This document shows positions 54,364-64,000 of a stretch of 64,000 bases of DNA, one piece after another. The position numbers and the translations under genes were made by a program. Source of the stretch: an uncultured delta proteobacterium (GTDB taxonomy: Bacteria; Myxococcota; UBA727; VGSZ01); assembly GCA_963775425.1 (NCBI GenBank), contig CAVZJB010000016.1, positions 224,001 through 288,000 on the forward strand. Direction: 5' to 3'. The notes below the pieces were generated by a model. The model saw nothing but the letters and a program-made list of their open reading frames with translations. It ran no database searches and was not told the origin of the DNA. The stretch's first letter is position 1. Each line of letters begins with the position of its first letter.

Positions 54364-55218
54364 ATGGGTTTGTTTTCCGGCAAGGTCGTCATCGTCACAG
54401 GCTCGGGCAACGGCATCGGTCGCGCCGAGGCCATGTGGTTCGCCGGCAACGGCGCCCACGTCGTCGTCAACGACGTCGGCGGCCAGCGTGACGGCACCGG
54501 CAAGGACCAGAAGGCGGCGGACGCCGTCGTCGACGAGATCAAGAACGCCGGCGGCAGCGCCGTGGCCACGTACACATCGGTGTCGGACCTCGACGGCGCG
54601 GAGATGATCGTCTGGACGGCGCTCAACAAGTTCAAGCGCGTCGATTGCCTCGTGAACAACGCGGGCATCCTGCGCGACAAGGCCATGCTCAACATGGCCG
54701 TCAGCGAGTGGGACGCCGTGCTCGACGTGCACCTCAAGGGCTCGTTTCTGATGACGCGCGCCTTCGCGCGGGCGGCCAAGCAGCAGGGCGCGGGCGACTA
54801 CGCCATCGTCAACACCACGTCGATGAGCGGGCTCCTCGGCAACTTCGGCCAGGCCAACTACTCGTCGGCCAAGGCCGGCATCTTCGGCCTCACCCGCACC
54901 TCGTCCATCGAGCTGCAGAAGCTCGGCTGCCGCGTGAACGCGGTGGCGCCCGTCGCGCTCACGCGCATGACCGAGGACATCCCCTTGATGAGCGGCGTCT
55001 CCGCGGACCAGATGGGGCCGCAGCACGTCGCCAACGTCGTCGGCTGGCTCGCCAGCGACGTCGCCAAGGACGTCACCGGCCGCATCATGGGCGTCCACGG
55101 CGACAAGGTCTTCGAGTACAAGATGACCCAGTCCGACGGCGTCGACACCGCGCCCAAGGGCGGCTGGACGCCGGAGGCCCTCCAGGAGGCGCTCCCGAAG
55201 ATCGGCGTCCCCGAGTGA
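54364..55218 (+). CDS. SDR, hydroxyacyl-CoA dehydrogenase (MFE-2-like)
   Basis: TGSGNGIG, VVVNDVGG, NNAGILRD, GNFGQANYSSAK. Confidence 0.9.
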   Translation: MGLFSGKVVIVTGSGNGIGRAEAMWFAGNGAHVVVNDVGGQRDGTGKDQKAADAVVDEIKNAGGSAVATYTSVSDLDGAEMIVWTALNKFKRVDCLVNNAGILRDKAMLNMAVSEWDAVLDVHLKGSFLMTRAFARAAKQQGAGDYAIVNTTSMSGLLGNFGQANYSSAKAGIFGLTRTSSIELQKLGCRVNAVAPVALTRMTEDIPLMSGVSADQMGPQHVANVVGWLASDVAKDVTGRIMGVHGDKVFEYKMTQSDGVDTAPKGGWTPEALQEALPKIGVPE

Positions 55219-55235
55219 CGTGCTCGTCGCCGTCG

Positions 55236-56069
55236 ATGCGGGCGGCGCGCGCGCTCGCCGGGTGCGCCGCCGCCTGCTGCGCGCTCGCGTGCGCTCCCGA
55301 GGTGCGGACGTACGAGCGCGACCGGCTCGCCATTCATCACTTCCTCGTCGGCATCGGCAACGTCTGGGCCGTCGAGCGCACCGACGGCGCGCCCGGGCTG
55401 GCGCTCGTCGACCTCTCCACCAAGGGCGACGGCGACGCCATCCTCGAGTGCCTCGACGAGATCGGCAGGAAGCCCGAGGACGTCACGCTCGTGTTGCTGA
55501 CGCACGGCCACTTCGACCACGCCGGCGCCGGCGCGCAGATGCAGAAGGCGCTCGACGCGCCCGTCGCGCTCGGCGCCGCCGACCTCGACTTCGTGCAGAG
55601 CGGGGACAGCGTCCCGCCCAGGTCGCTCATCATCGAGGGCGAGCTCGCGCGGCCGTTCCTGGACACGCGCTTCCCGCCGTTCACGCCGGACATCCTCCTC
55701 GACGGCGACGTCCGCCTCGACGACTTCGGCATCCCGGGCCAGGTGCTGTCGGTGCCGGGCCACACCGCGGGCTCCGTCGCGCTGGTGCTCGACACGGGCG
55801 ACGCCTTCGTCGGCGACCTCGTGCGCGGCGTCGACGAAGGCTCCCGCCACGACCCCGCCGGCGATGACGGCCACATGGGCCGCGCGTCGACGCACCTGTA
55901 CTCCGAAGACGTGCGCGCCGACGCCGAGCACCTCGACCGGATCCTCGGCCTCGGCGCCAGGACCTTCTTCCCCGGCCACGGCCCGTACTTCGACGCCGCC
56001 AGCGTGCGCGGCTGGGTCACCGACGAGCTGGGCGCCAAAAACGCCGCGGCGCCGGGCTCTGGTGGCTGA
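55236..56069 (+). CDS. MBL-fold metallo-hydrolase lipoprotein
   Basis: Lipobox ALAC, THGHFDH, PGHTAGS, GD, PGHG. Confidence 0.88.
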   Translation: MRAARALAGCAAACCALACAPEVRTYERDRLAIHHFLVGIGNVWAVERTDGAPGLALVDLSTKGDGDAILECLDEIGRKPEDVTLVLLTHGHFDHAGAGAQMQKALDAPVALGAADLDFVQSGDSVPPRSLIIEGELARPFLDTRFPPFTPDILLDGDVRLDDFGIPGQVLSVPGHTAGSVALVLDTGDAFVGDLVRGVDEGSRHDPAGDDGHMGRASTHLYSEDVRADAEHLDRILGLGARTFFPGHGPYFDAASVRGWVTDELGAKNAAAPGSGG

Positions 56070-56093
56070 AGGCCGGCGTCGTACGCCGAGGGC

Positions 56094-57422
56094 CTACGGG
56101 GCGTAGCGCGCGCGCCACCTGCCCTCGAGCTGCGCAGGGGTGACGCCGTAGACGTCGAGGACGGCGTCGTCGAAGCGCTTGCCGTCGTCGATGGCAGAGA
56201 ACAACGCTTTGAACGAGTCCTCGCCGCGCATCTCGGCGAGCATGTCGACGAGGTCGAGGGCGTAGGCGTAGGCGCGAGAGATGCCGTCTTTGCCCTCGAG
56301 CCGGTAGAAGCCGCCGCCGCGGAGCTCGGCGAGGGGCGGCAGGCGCCCGCGGCCACCGCGCATGCGGAGCTGCCCGCTGAACCAGCGCGACTTGTGCTGC
56401 TCCATGTGCTGCGCGATGCCCTCGTTCATCCAGCTCGGCACGCCGTGCGCGAGCGTGTGCACGAGCGCGTGCGTGTACTCGTGGACGAGGAGGTCGCGCA
56501 GCGCGCCGTGCGCGAGGTCCGACGCGCTCTTGCTCACGCGGATCTTGCCGTCGAAGATGCCGCCGCTCCAGTCGGGCGCGGCGATGGTGCCGGTGTACTC
56601 GGCGCCCGTGTAGAACACGACGGTGACCGGCGCGCGCGGCCGCAGCCCGAGGCGCTCACCGAGCTCGTCCCACGCCTCGTCGAGGACGGCGAGGGCTTGC
56701 CTGGCGAGCGCTTCGTCGTCGTCGCCCTCGAAGCGCGCGATGAAGTGCTGCGAGCGCACGCCCGAGAAGCCCTTTTCGAGGCTCTGCCTCTTGCGGATGT
56801 CCGCGAGCCGCGCGGCGTAGCGCGGATCGAGCTCGGCGGCGTCCTGATAGGCGTACAGCGCGTGCACGCCGTCGTTTTGCAGCTCGTACGCCTCGCCCGC
56901 GGCCGCGCGCAGCCCGGCCCGCCAGCTCGTCGGCAGCGACGGCCCGAGCTTGTCGGCGCCGTCCTCGAGCAGCTCGGCGCGCGCCGCGAGGTCGTCGACG
57001 CCGCGGGCGGTCGCCAGCAGCCGCTCGGCCGCGGCGACCGCCTCGTCGTGCGCCGGCGCGGGCCGCGACGCGGTCCCCGCCGTCCCCGCCGACGACGGCG
57101 CGGGCGGCGCGACGACGGGGGATGCCGTAGGAGCGGCCTGCGCCTCCACGGGCACCTCCTCGACGTAGACCTTGCCGTCGACGAGGTGCGTGACCAGCCG
57201 CGTCCGCGGCGCGGCCTCGTGCGCCGCGGACGCGTCCCGCTGCAGTCCGGGCGCGCTGCCGGGCGCGCTGCCGGGCGCGCTGCCGGAGACGCTGCCGGGC
57301 GCGCCGCCGCAGCCCGTGCACGGCGCGTCCGGCGGCGCCGACGGCCGGGCCCGCGGGCGCTCCCGACACCCGATGAGGGCGAGCGCGAGCGCGGCGGCGA
57401 GGAGCGGGAGGCGGATGGCCAT
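56094..57422 (-). CDS. TPR plus MA-clan zinc peptidase lipoprotein
   Basis: Lipobox LIGC, TPR-like AYQDAAELDP, PDWSGGIFDGKI, VHEYTH, PSWMNEGIAQ. Confidence 0.82.
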   Translation of the reverse strand: MAIRLPLLAAALALALIGCRERPRARPSAPPDAPCTGCGGAPGSVSGSAPGSAPGSAPGLQRDASAAHEAAPRTRLVTHLVDGKVYVEEVPVEAQAAPTASPVVAPPAPSSAGTAGTASRPAPAHDEAVAAAERLLATARGVDDLAARAELLEDGADKLGPSLPTSWRAGLRAAAGEAYELQNDGVHALYAYQDAAELDPRYAARLADIRKRQSLEKGFSGVRSQHFIARFEGDDDEALARQALAVLDEAWDELGERLGLRPRAPVTVVFYTGAEYTGTIAAPDWSGGIFDGKIRVSKSASDLAHGALRDLLVHEYTHALVHTLAHGVPSWMNEGIAQHMEQHKSRWFSGQLRMRGGRGRLPPLAELRGGGFYRLEGKDGISRAYAYALDLVDMLAEMRGEDSFKALFSAIDDGKRFDDAVLDVYGVTPAQLEGRWRARYAP

Positions 57423-57539
57423 GGCGGGAGCCCATCGTCGCACGAAGGGTCCCACCCGGCACGAAGGGTCCGCGGCCGGCGGCCGCGCACCGCGCAGGCG
57501 GCGTTGGCAGCGGGTGCCGCCCCGGGCTAAAGCGCGGAC

Positions 57540-59498
57540 ATGGCCGACGACATCTTCGCTCCCCCCGCCTCGTTCGCCGCGCGCGCCCGCATCAACCACG
57601 CGACCTGGAAGGCCCACGCAGACGGCGCCGGCCAGAGCGAGGCCGACCGGCTCGCCTATTGGGAGTCCGCCGCCGACGCGCTCGTGTGGCGCTCGCGCTG
57701 GGACAAGGTCCTCGACTGGAGCCCGCCCCACGCGAAGTGGTTCGTCGGCGGCACGCTCAACGCCACCGAGAGCTGCCTCGACCGCCACGCGGGCACGTGG
57801 CGCCGCACCAAGGCCGCCATCATCTGGGAGGGCGAGCCCGGCGACGTCCGCACCATCACCTACGGCCAGCTCCACGACGACGTGTGCCGCTTCGCCGGCG
57901 CGCTGCAGAAGCTTGGCGTCAAGATCGGCGACCGCGTCGCCATCTACATGCCCATGGTCCCGGAGGCCGCCGTCGCCATGCTCGCCTGTGCGCGCATCGG
58001 CGCCACCCACAGCGTCGTCTTCGGCGGCTTCTCCGCGGAGTCTCTGCGCGACCGCATCAACGACGCCGCCTGCAAGCTCGTCATCACCGCCGACGGCGGC
58101 GCGCGCCGCGGGCAGATCGTCCACCTCAAGGACACCGTCGACAAGGCGCTCGAGGGCGGAGCATGCCCGAGCGTCACCCGCGGCGTCGTCGTCCTGAAGC
58201 GCACCGGCCACGACATCACCATGGTCCCCGGCCGCGACGTGTGGTGGCACGACGCCGTCCGCGACGTCACCCCCATGCGCGAGGCCGTCGCCGTCGACGC
58301 CGAGCACCCGCTGTTCATCCTCTACACCTCGGGCACCACGGGGAAGCCCAAGGGTGTCGTGCACTCCACCGGCGGCTACATGGTCCAGGTGGCGCGCACG
58401 GCGCGTTGGGTGTTCGACCTGAAGGACGAGGACATCTACTGGTGCTCCGCCGACGTCGGCTGGATCACCGGGCACAGCTACGTCGTCTACGGCCCGCTCG
58501 CCAACGGCTCGACGGTGTTCATGTACGAAGGCGCACCAACGTACCCCGGCCCCGATCGCTTCTGGGACATGATCGCGCGCCACCACATCTCCATCCTCTA
58601 CACGGCGCCCACCGCCATCCGCACCTTCATGCGCATGGGCGACTCGCACGTCACGCACCACGACTTGTCGTCGCTGCGCCTGCTCGGCACCGTGGGCGAG
58701 CCCATCAACCCCGAGGCCTGGCGCTGGTACCACAAGGTGGTCGGCGGCAGCCGCTGCCCCATCGTCGACACGTGGTGGCAGACGGAGACGGGCGCCATCA
58801 TGTGCTCGCCCCTGCCCGGCTTCACCACCGCCAAGCCCGGGTCGTGCACCACGCCCCTGCCCGGCATCGAGCTCGACGTCGTGCACCAGGACGGCACCGG
58901 CTGCGATGACGACGAGCAGGGCTTCCTCGTCGCCAGGTCGCCGTGGCCGTCGATGATGCGCACCGTGTGGGGCGACGACGAGCGCTTCCGCCAGACCTAC
59001 TGGGTGCAGGTGAAAAACCCCGAGACCGGCGAGCCCTGGTACTTCACGGGCGACGGCGCGCGCCGCGACAAGGACGGCTACATCTGGGTGATCGGCCGCG
59101 TCGACGACGTCGTCAACGTCTCCGGGCATCGCCTGGGCACGGCGGAGGTCGAGAGCGCCCTCGTGCTCCACCCCGCCGTCGCCGAGGCCGCCGTCGTCGG
59201 CCGCCCCGACGAGATCCGCGGCCAGGGCATCGTGGCCTTCGTGACGCTCAAGTCCGATCGCGTCCCGGGGGACTCGCTCATCGAGGAGCTCAAGCGACAC
59301 GTCGCCGGCGAGATCGGCTCCTTCGCGCGACCGGACGACATCCGCTGGGCCAACGCGCTCCCCAAGACCCGCTCCGGCAAGATCATGCGCCGCTTGCTGC
59401 GCGAGCTGGCGACGCAGGGCCGCGTCACGGGCGACATGACCTCGCTCGAGGACCTCTCCGTGATCGCGGCCCTGCGAGGCAACCAAGAGGAAGCCTGA
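57540..59498 (+). CDS. acs: acetyl-CoA synthetase
   Basis: [48 protein letters not shown]. Confidence 0.97.
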   Translation: MADDIFAPPASFAARARINHATWKAHADGAGQSEADRLAYWESAADALVWRSRWDKVLDWSPPHAKWFVGGTLNATESCLDRHAGTWRRTKAAIIWEGEPGDVRTITYGQLHDDVCRFAGALQKLGVKIGDRVAIYMPMVPEAAVAMLACARIGATHSVVFGGFSAESLRDRINDAACKLVITADGGARRGQIVHLKDTVDKALEGGACPSVTRGVVVLKRTGHDITMVPGRDVWWHDAVRDVTPMREAVAVDAEHPLFILYTSGTTGKPKGVVHSTGGYMVQVARTARWVFDLKDEDIYWCSADVGWITGHSYVVYGPLANGSTVFMYEGAPTYPGPDRFWDMIARHHISILYTAPTAIRTFMRMGDSHVTHHDLSSLRLLGTVGEPINPEAWRWYHKVVGGSRCPIVDTWWQTETGAIMCSPLPGFTTAKPGSCTTPLPGIELDVVHQDGTGCDDDEQGFLVARSPWPSMMRTVWGDDERFRQTYWVQVKNPETGEPWYFTGDGARRDKDGYIWVIGRVDDVVNVSGHRLGTAEVESALVLHPAVAEAAVVGRPDEIRGQGIVAFVTLKSDRVPGDSLIEELKRHVAGEIGSFARPDDIRWANALPKTRSGKIMRRLLRELATQGRVTGDMTSLEDLSVIAALRGNQEEA

Positions 59499-59575
59499 GC
59501 GCCGCTCGCGCGTTCCAAACAAGGCCGTCGATCACCATGGCCGCAGGAGGCGGGGCACCGTACGTCTGCGGCGAG

Positions 59576-60565
59576 GTGCTCGTGGAGTCCATCGGGTCGC
59601 CCGCGTTGTGGGCCGGGTTCGTCGCGCTCGTCGTGGCCTTGCTCGCCGTGGATCTCGCGCTCCACCGGCGGCCGCACGCCGTCAGCGTGCGCGAGGCGGC
59701 CGTGTGGAGCGCGGTGTGGATCGCGCTGGGGCTCGCGTTCGGCGTCGGCGTCACCGTCTGGAAAGGCGCCGACACGGGGCTCGCATACTTCGCGGGCTAC
59801 CTCGTCGAGAAGTCGCTCTCCGTCGACAACATCTTCGTGTTCGTGGTGCTGTTCGCCGCGTTCGGCATCCCGCAGCCGCTGCAGCACGGCGTGTTGTTCT
59901 GGGGCGTCCTCGGGGCGCTCCTGATGCGCGCGGGCATGATCCTCGGCGCCGCCGAGCTGCTCCAGCACTTCCACTGGGCCGTCATCCCCCTCGGCATCTT
60001 CCTCGTCTTCACCGGCGTCCGCATGGTGCTCGCCAAGGGCGAGATGCACCCCGAGCGCGGCCGCGCCTTCCGCTTCCTCACGGCGAGGCTGCCGACGTCG
60101 GAGAAGCTCGACGGCAAACGCTTCTTCACGATCGAAAACGGCAAGCGCCTCGCCACCCCGCTGTTCCTCGCGCTCGTCGCCATCGAGCTCACCGACGTCG
60201 TCTTCGCCGTCGACAGCGTGCCGGCCGTCTTCGCCGTCACCGACGACCCGTTCATCGTGTTCACGTCGAACATCTTCGCCCTGCTCGGGCTTCGCTCTTT
60301 GTACTTCGTGCTGTCGGGCGCGCTCGTGAAGCTGCGCTTCTTGAAGGTCGGCTTGTCGCTCGTGTTGATCTTCGTCGGCTCGAAGATGGCGCTCGCCACC
60401 GTCCTCGACGTGTCCGTGGGCGTCTCGCTCGCCGTCATCGCCGCGCTCATCGGCGGCTCCATCGCGGCGTCGCTGCTGCCCCGCCGCTCACGCGCCGATG
60501 GCGGCGACCTCGGCCGCGGCGCGCGCGAGGGCGGCCCGGGCGCGCGCGCGCCGCAGCACCCATAG
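59576..60565 (+). CDS. TerC/Alx family membrane protein
   Basis: EKSLSVDNIFVF, ELTDVVFAVDSVPA, TSNIFALLGLRSLYF; start uncertain (alternative ATG at 59537). Confidence 0.92.
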   Translation: MLVESIGSPALWAGFVALVVALLAVDLALHRRPHAVSVREAAVWSAVWIALGLAFGVGVTVWKGADTGLAYFAGYLVEKSLSVDNIFVFVVLFAAFGIPQPLQHGVLFWGVLGALLMRAGMILGAAELLQHFHWAVIPLGIFLVFTGVRMVLAKGEMHPERGRAFRFLTARLPTSEKLDGKRFFTIENGKRLATPLFLALVAIELTDVVFAVDSVPAVFAVTDDPFIVFTSNIFALLGLRSLYFVLSGALVKLRFLKVGLSLVLIFVGSKMALATVLDVSVGVSLAVIAALIGGSIAASLLPRRSRADGGDLGRGAREGGPGARAPQHP

Positions 60566-60937
60566 CGGCCCCATGGTGAGGACAGCCGCGGCGAAGGCCA
60601 CGGCGACGACCGCGCCGGAGATGGTGTCGTCGGGCTTTCGCGCATCACCGAGCATGTCGAGGACCGTGATGAAAAAGACCGGCATCACCGCGCCGGCGAA
60701 GACCCACGCGCGGCCGTCGTTGGCGTGGTCGACGCGCATGCGCACCGTGGTCGCGCCAGCGCGCGTGATGACCCAGGCCTCGCGCGGCTTCTCCGGTGGC
60801 GGCGGCTCCGCCGGCGACACCAGCTCGTGGACGCGCGCCCGGAGCGGGGCGAGCGAGGCGCGGACCTTCTCGCGCTCGCCGTCGTCGAGCTCTCGAGGGA
60901 GCTCGACGATCCGCTCGCTCGCGAACAGCCCGCTCAT
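60488..60937 (-). CDS. small membrane protein
   Basis: ATGA overlap with the upstream gene; two TM helices. Confidence 0.55.
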   Translation of the reverse strand: MSGLFASERIVELPRELDDGEREKVRASLAPLRARVHELVSPAEPPPPEKPREAWVITRAGATTVRMRVDHANDGRAWVFAGAVMPVFFITVLDMLGDARKPDDTISGAVVAVAFAAAVLTMGPLWVLRRARARAALARAAAEVAAIGA

Positions 60938-61293
60938 TGCGACAGCGATTGATCCGTCTGCGCGAACGTGGCGCCCTGCAGCGTCGCCCCGCGGCACTCG
61001 TCGAGGCAGGTCTGCGTGGTGCACAGCTCGTCGACGACGTGGATCGGGTGGGCGCCGCCGGGGTCGCTGATGGCGTCGGCGGCCTCCTGGTTGCACTGCT
61101 CGGCCTCACCGGCGCTGTCGGCGGTGGCGTCGGGCAGGCAGTTGGTGGACGAATCCACCGCCTGCGCGTCGTTGATGGGCGAGCGCTGGTCCAGGCACGT
61201 GCAGCACAGCGCGAAGTCGCCGGTGGCGTCGCTGAGGCACCCCGCGAGCGCGCCGAGCGCGACGGTGGCGGCGAGCAGGGTGGCCCGGCGCAT
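60934..61293 (-). CDS. Cys-rich lipoprotein
   Basis: MRRATLLAATVALGALAGC lipobox; eight further Cys (CCTC..C..C..C..C..C). Confidence 0.7.
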   Translation of the reverse strand: MRRATLLAATVALGALAGCLSDATGDFALCCTCLDQRSPINDAQAVDSSTNCLPDATADSAGEAEQCNQEAADAISDPGGAHPIHVVDELCTTQTCLDECRGATLQGATFAQTDQSLSQ

Positions 61294-61861
61294 CACTTGG
61301 ACCCGTTGGAGCCGTCGGACCCGTTGGAGCCGCCGGGCCCGTTGACGTCGACGTGCAGCTTGTTGTCGCCGACGTGCACGTGGACGTCCACGCCGCCGCC
61401 GGACGCGAGCAGCGTGGGTCCCGTCCAGCAGCGCGAGCCCTCCTTGCCCGGCAGCGACCAGCCCGTCTCGCCGTCCTTCTTGCACCTGGACATCTCGACG
61501 GTGCCTTTGAACGGCGCCTTCTCGAGCGTCTTGTACTTCTTGCCGATGAGCGGCAGGCCGGAGGCGCAGTCGTCGGTCAGGCGGAAGACGGCGTCGACGT
61601 CCGCGACCCAGACCTCGCCTTTGATCTTCCAGTGCCCGTTCGACACCTTCCACTGCTCGACCATGGCCTTCTCGGCGCAGGTGTGGTCCCACGCGTCGCG
61701 CGCGACCCACTGCATGCGCTGATCGCTCGGGGGCCCGTCGCAGCCGGCCGCCACCAGGAGCGACACGACGGCGGCGAGGCCGGCGCCGGCGCGGGCCCAG
61801 GCGGGCGCCCGGCCGGGGATCAGGCGCGCGCGCGCTCCGCGTGGCTTCGTGCTCGCTGGGC

Positions 61862-61877
<16 letters not shown>
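61293..61877 (-). CDS. lipoprotein
   Basis: LLVAAGC lipobox, four further Cys, beta-rich; start uncertain. Confidence 0.65.
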
Positions 61878-63409
<1,532 letters not shown>

Positions 63410-63489
63410 CGCGGGCAGCGTAGCAAGAACCCCGTCGCCACGCTTGGTGTCCTGTGTCGCCGGCACCCACACCCCCGGGGGGAGAAACC

Positions 63490-64000
63490 ATGCGCAAGGT
63501 CGTCATCTTCGCCATCGTCGGCGCCGCCCTCACCCTGGTGATGCTCGTGTCGCGCCGGCCGCTGGCGCCGGGCTCGGTGGCGACGACGACGGCACCTACG
63601 CCGACGACGGCACCGACGCCGCCGACGGCACCGCCGCCGCCGCCGCTGACGACGACGACGGCGCCGAGCGCGAGCGGTCCGCCCCCGGCCGCGCCTGCGA
63701 CGCCCGCAGCCGCCCCGCAGGCCCCCGGCGACGCCGACGACGGCGGTCCCCCGCGGCAGGCCCGTCCGCTGCCGGCGCGCGGCCTCGTCCTCGTCGACGG
63801 AGAGCCGAGCCGGAGCCCCGGCCACGACGACGGCGCGGGCGCCACGCTCGACAAGACGGCCATCCAAAGCGCCATCCGCGCGGTCACGCCCAAGGTCAAG
63901 GCCTGCTACGACAGCGCGCTCGAACAGGACCCGAGCCTCGCCGGGAGGATCGTGGTGCACTTCCGCATCGAAGCCGTGGACGGCGGCGGCGCGGTGACGT
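63490..64000 (+). CDS. TM, Pro/Thr-rich, AgmX/PglI (TonB-C-like) domain protein, partial
   Basis: MRKVVIFAIVGAAL..; LDKTAIQSAIRAVTPKVKACYDSALEQDPSLAGRIVVHFRI; runs off the right edge. Confidence 0.75.
   Translation, partial: MRKVVIFAIVGAALTLVMLVSRRPLAPGSVATTTAPTPTTAPTPPTAPPPPPLTTTTAPSASGPPPAAPATPAAAPQAPGDADDGGPPRQARPLPARGLVLVDGEPSRSPGHDDGAGATLDKTAIQSAIRAVTPKVKACYDSALEQDPSLAGRIVVHFRIEAVDGGGAVT

Noticed and set aside
59499-59575. yybP-ykoY manganese riboswitch upstream of terC
   Set aside because: Spacer is too short and lacks the conserved aptamer motifs

Overview
Very GC-rich (by eye about 73-75%) bacterial chromosomal window. It looks Myxococcota/deltaproteobacterial (inference from MYXO-CTERM-like tails, DUF4388, FHA-GGDEF, zinc-ribbon/TPR proteins and an AgmX/PglI-like C-terminal domain). 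About 64 densely packed CDS are present, mostly housekeeping: pspA, tldD/tldE, dnaK, argS, purC, trmL, ndk, gltX, sucCD, lipA/lipB, metG, acs, several peptidases and SDRs. Many secreted or lipoprotein hypotheticals are interleaved. I found no rRNA, tRNA, CRISPR array, integrase or transposase. The best candidate for an under-described system is a sigma54-type two-gene operon encoding a periplasmic monoheme cytochrome c and a Cyc2-like fused cytochrome-porin (17002-18712). Other leads: a 59-aa ORF translationally coupled between sucC and sucD, an AT-rich codon island with a palindrome inside gltX, a degenerate FHA-GGDEF protein with an intact I-site, a composite 61-bp tandem-repeat/hairpin element, and (Gly-Glu)n linkers in three surface proteins. 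Several single-base frameshifts look like long-read indel errors. All product calls come from motif recognition by eye; no database searches were run.
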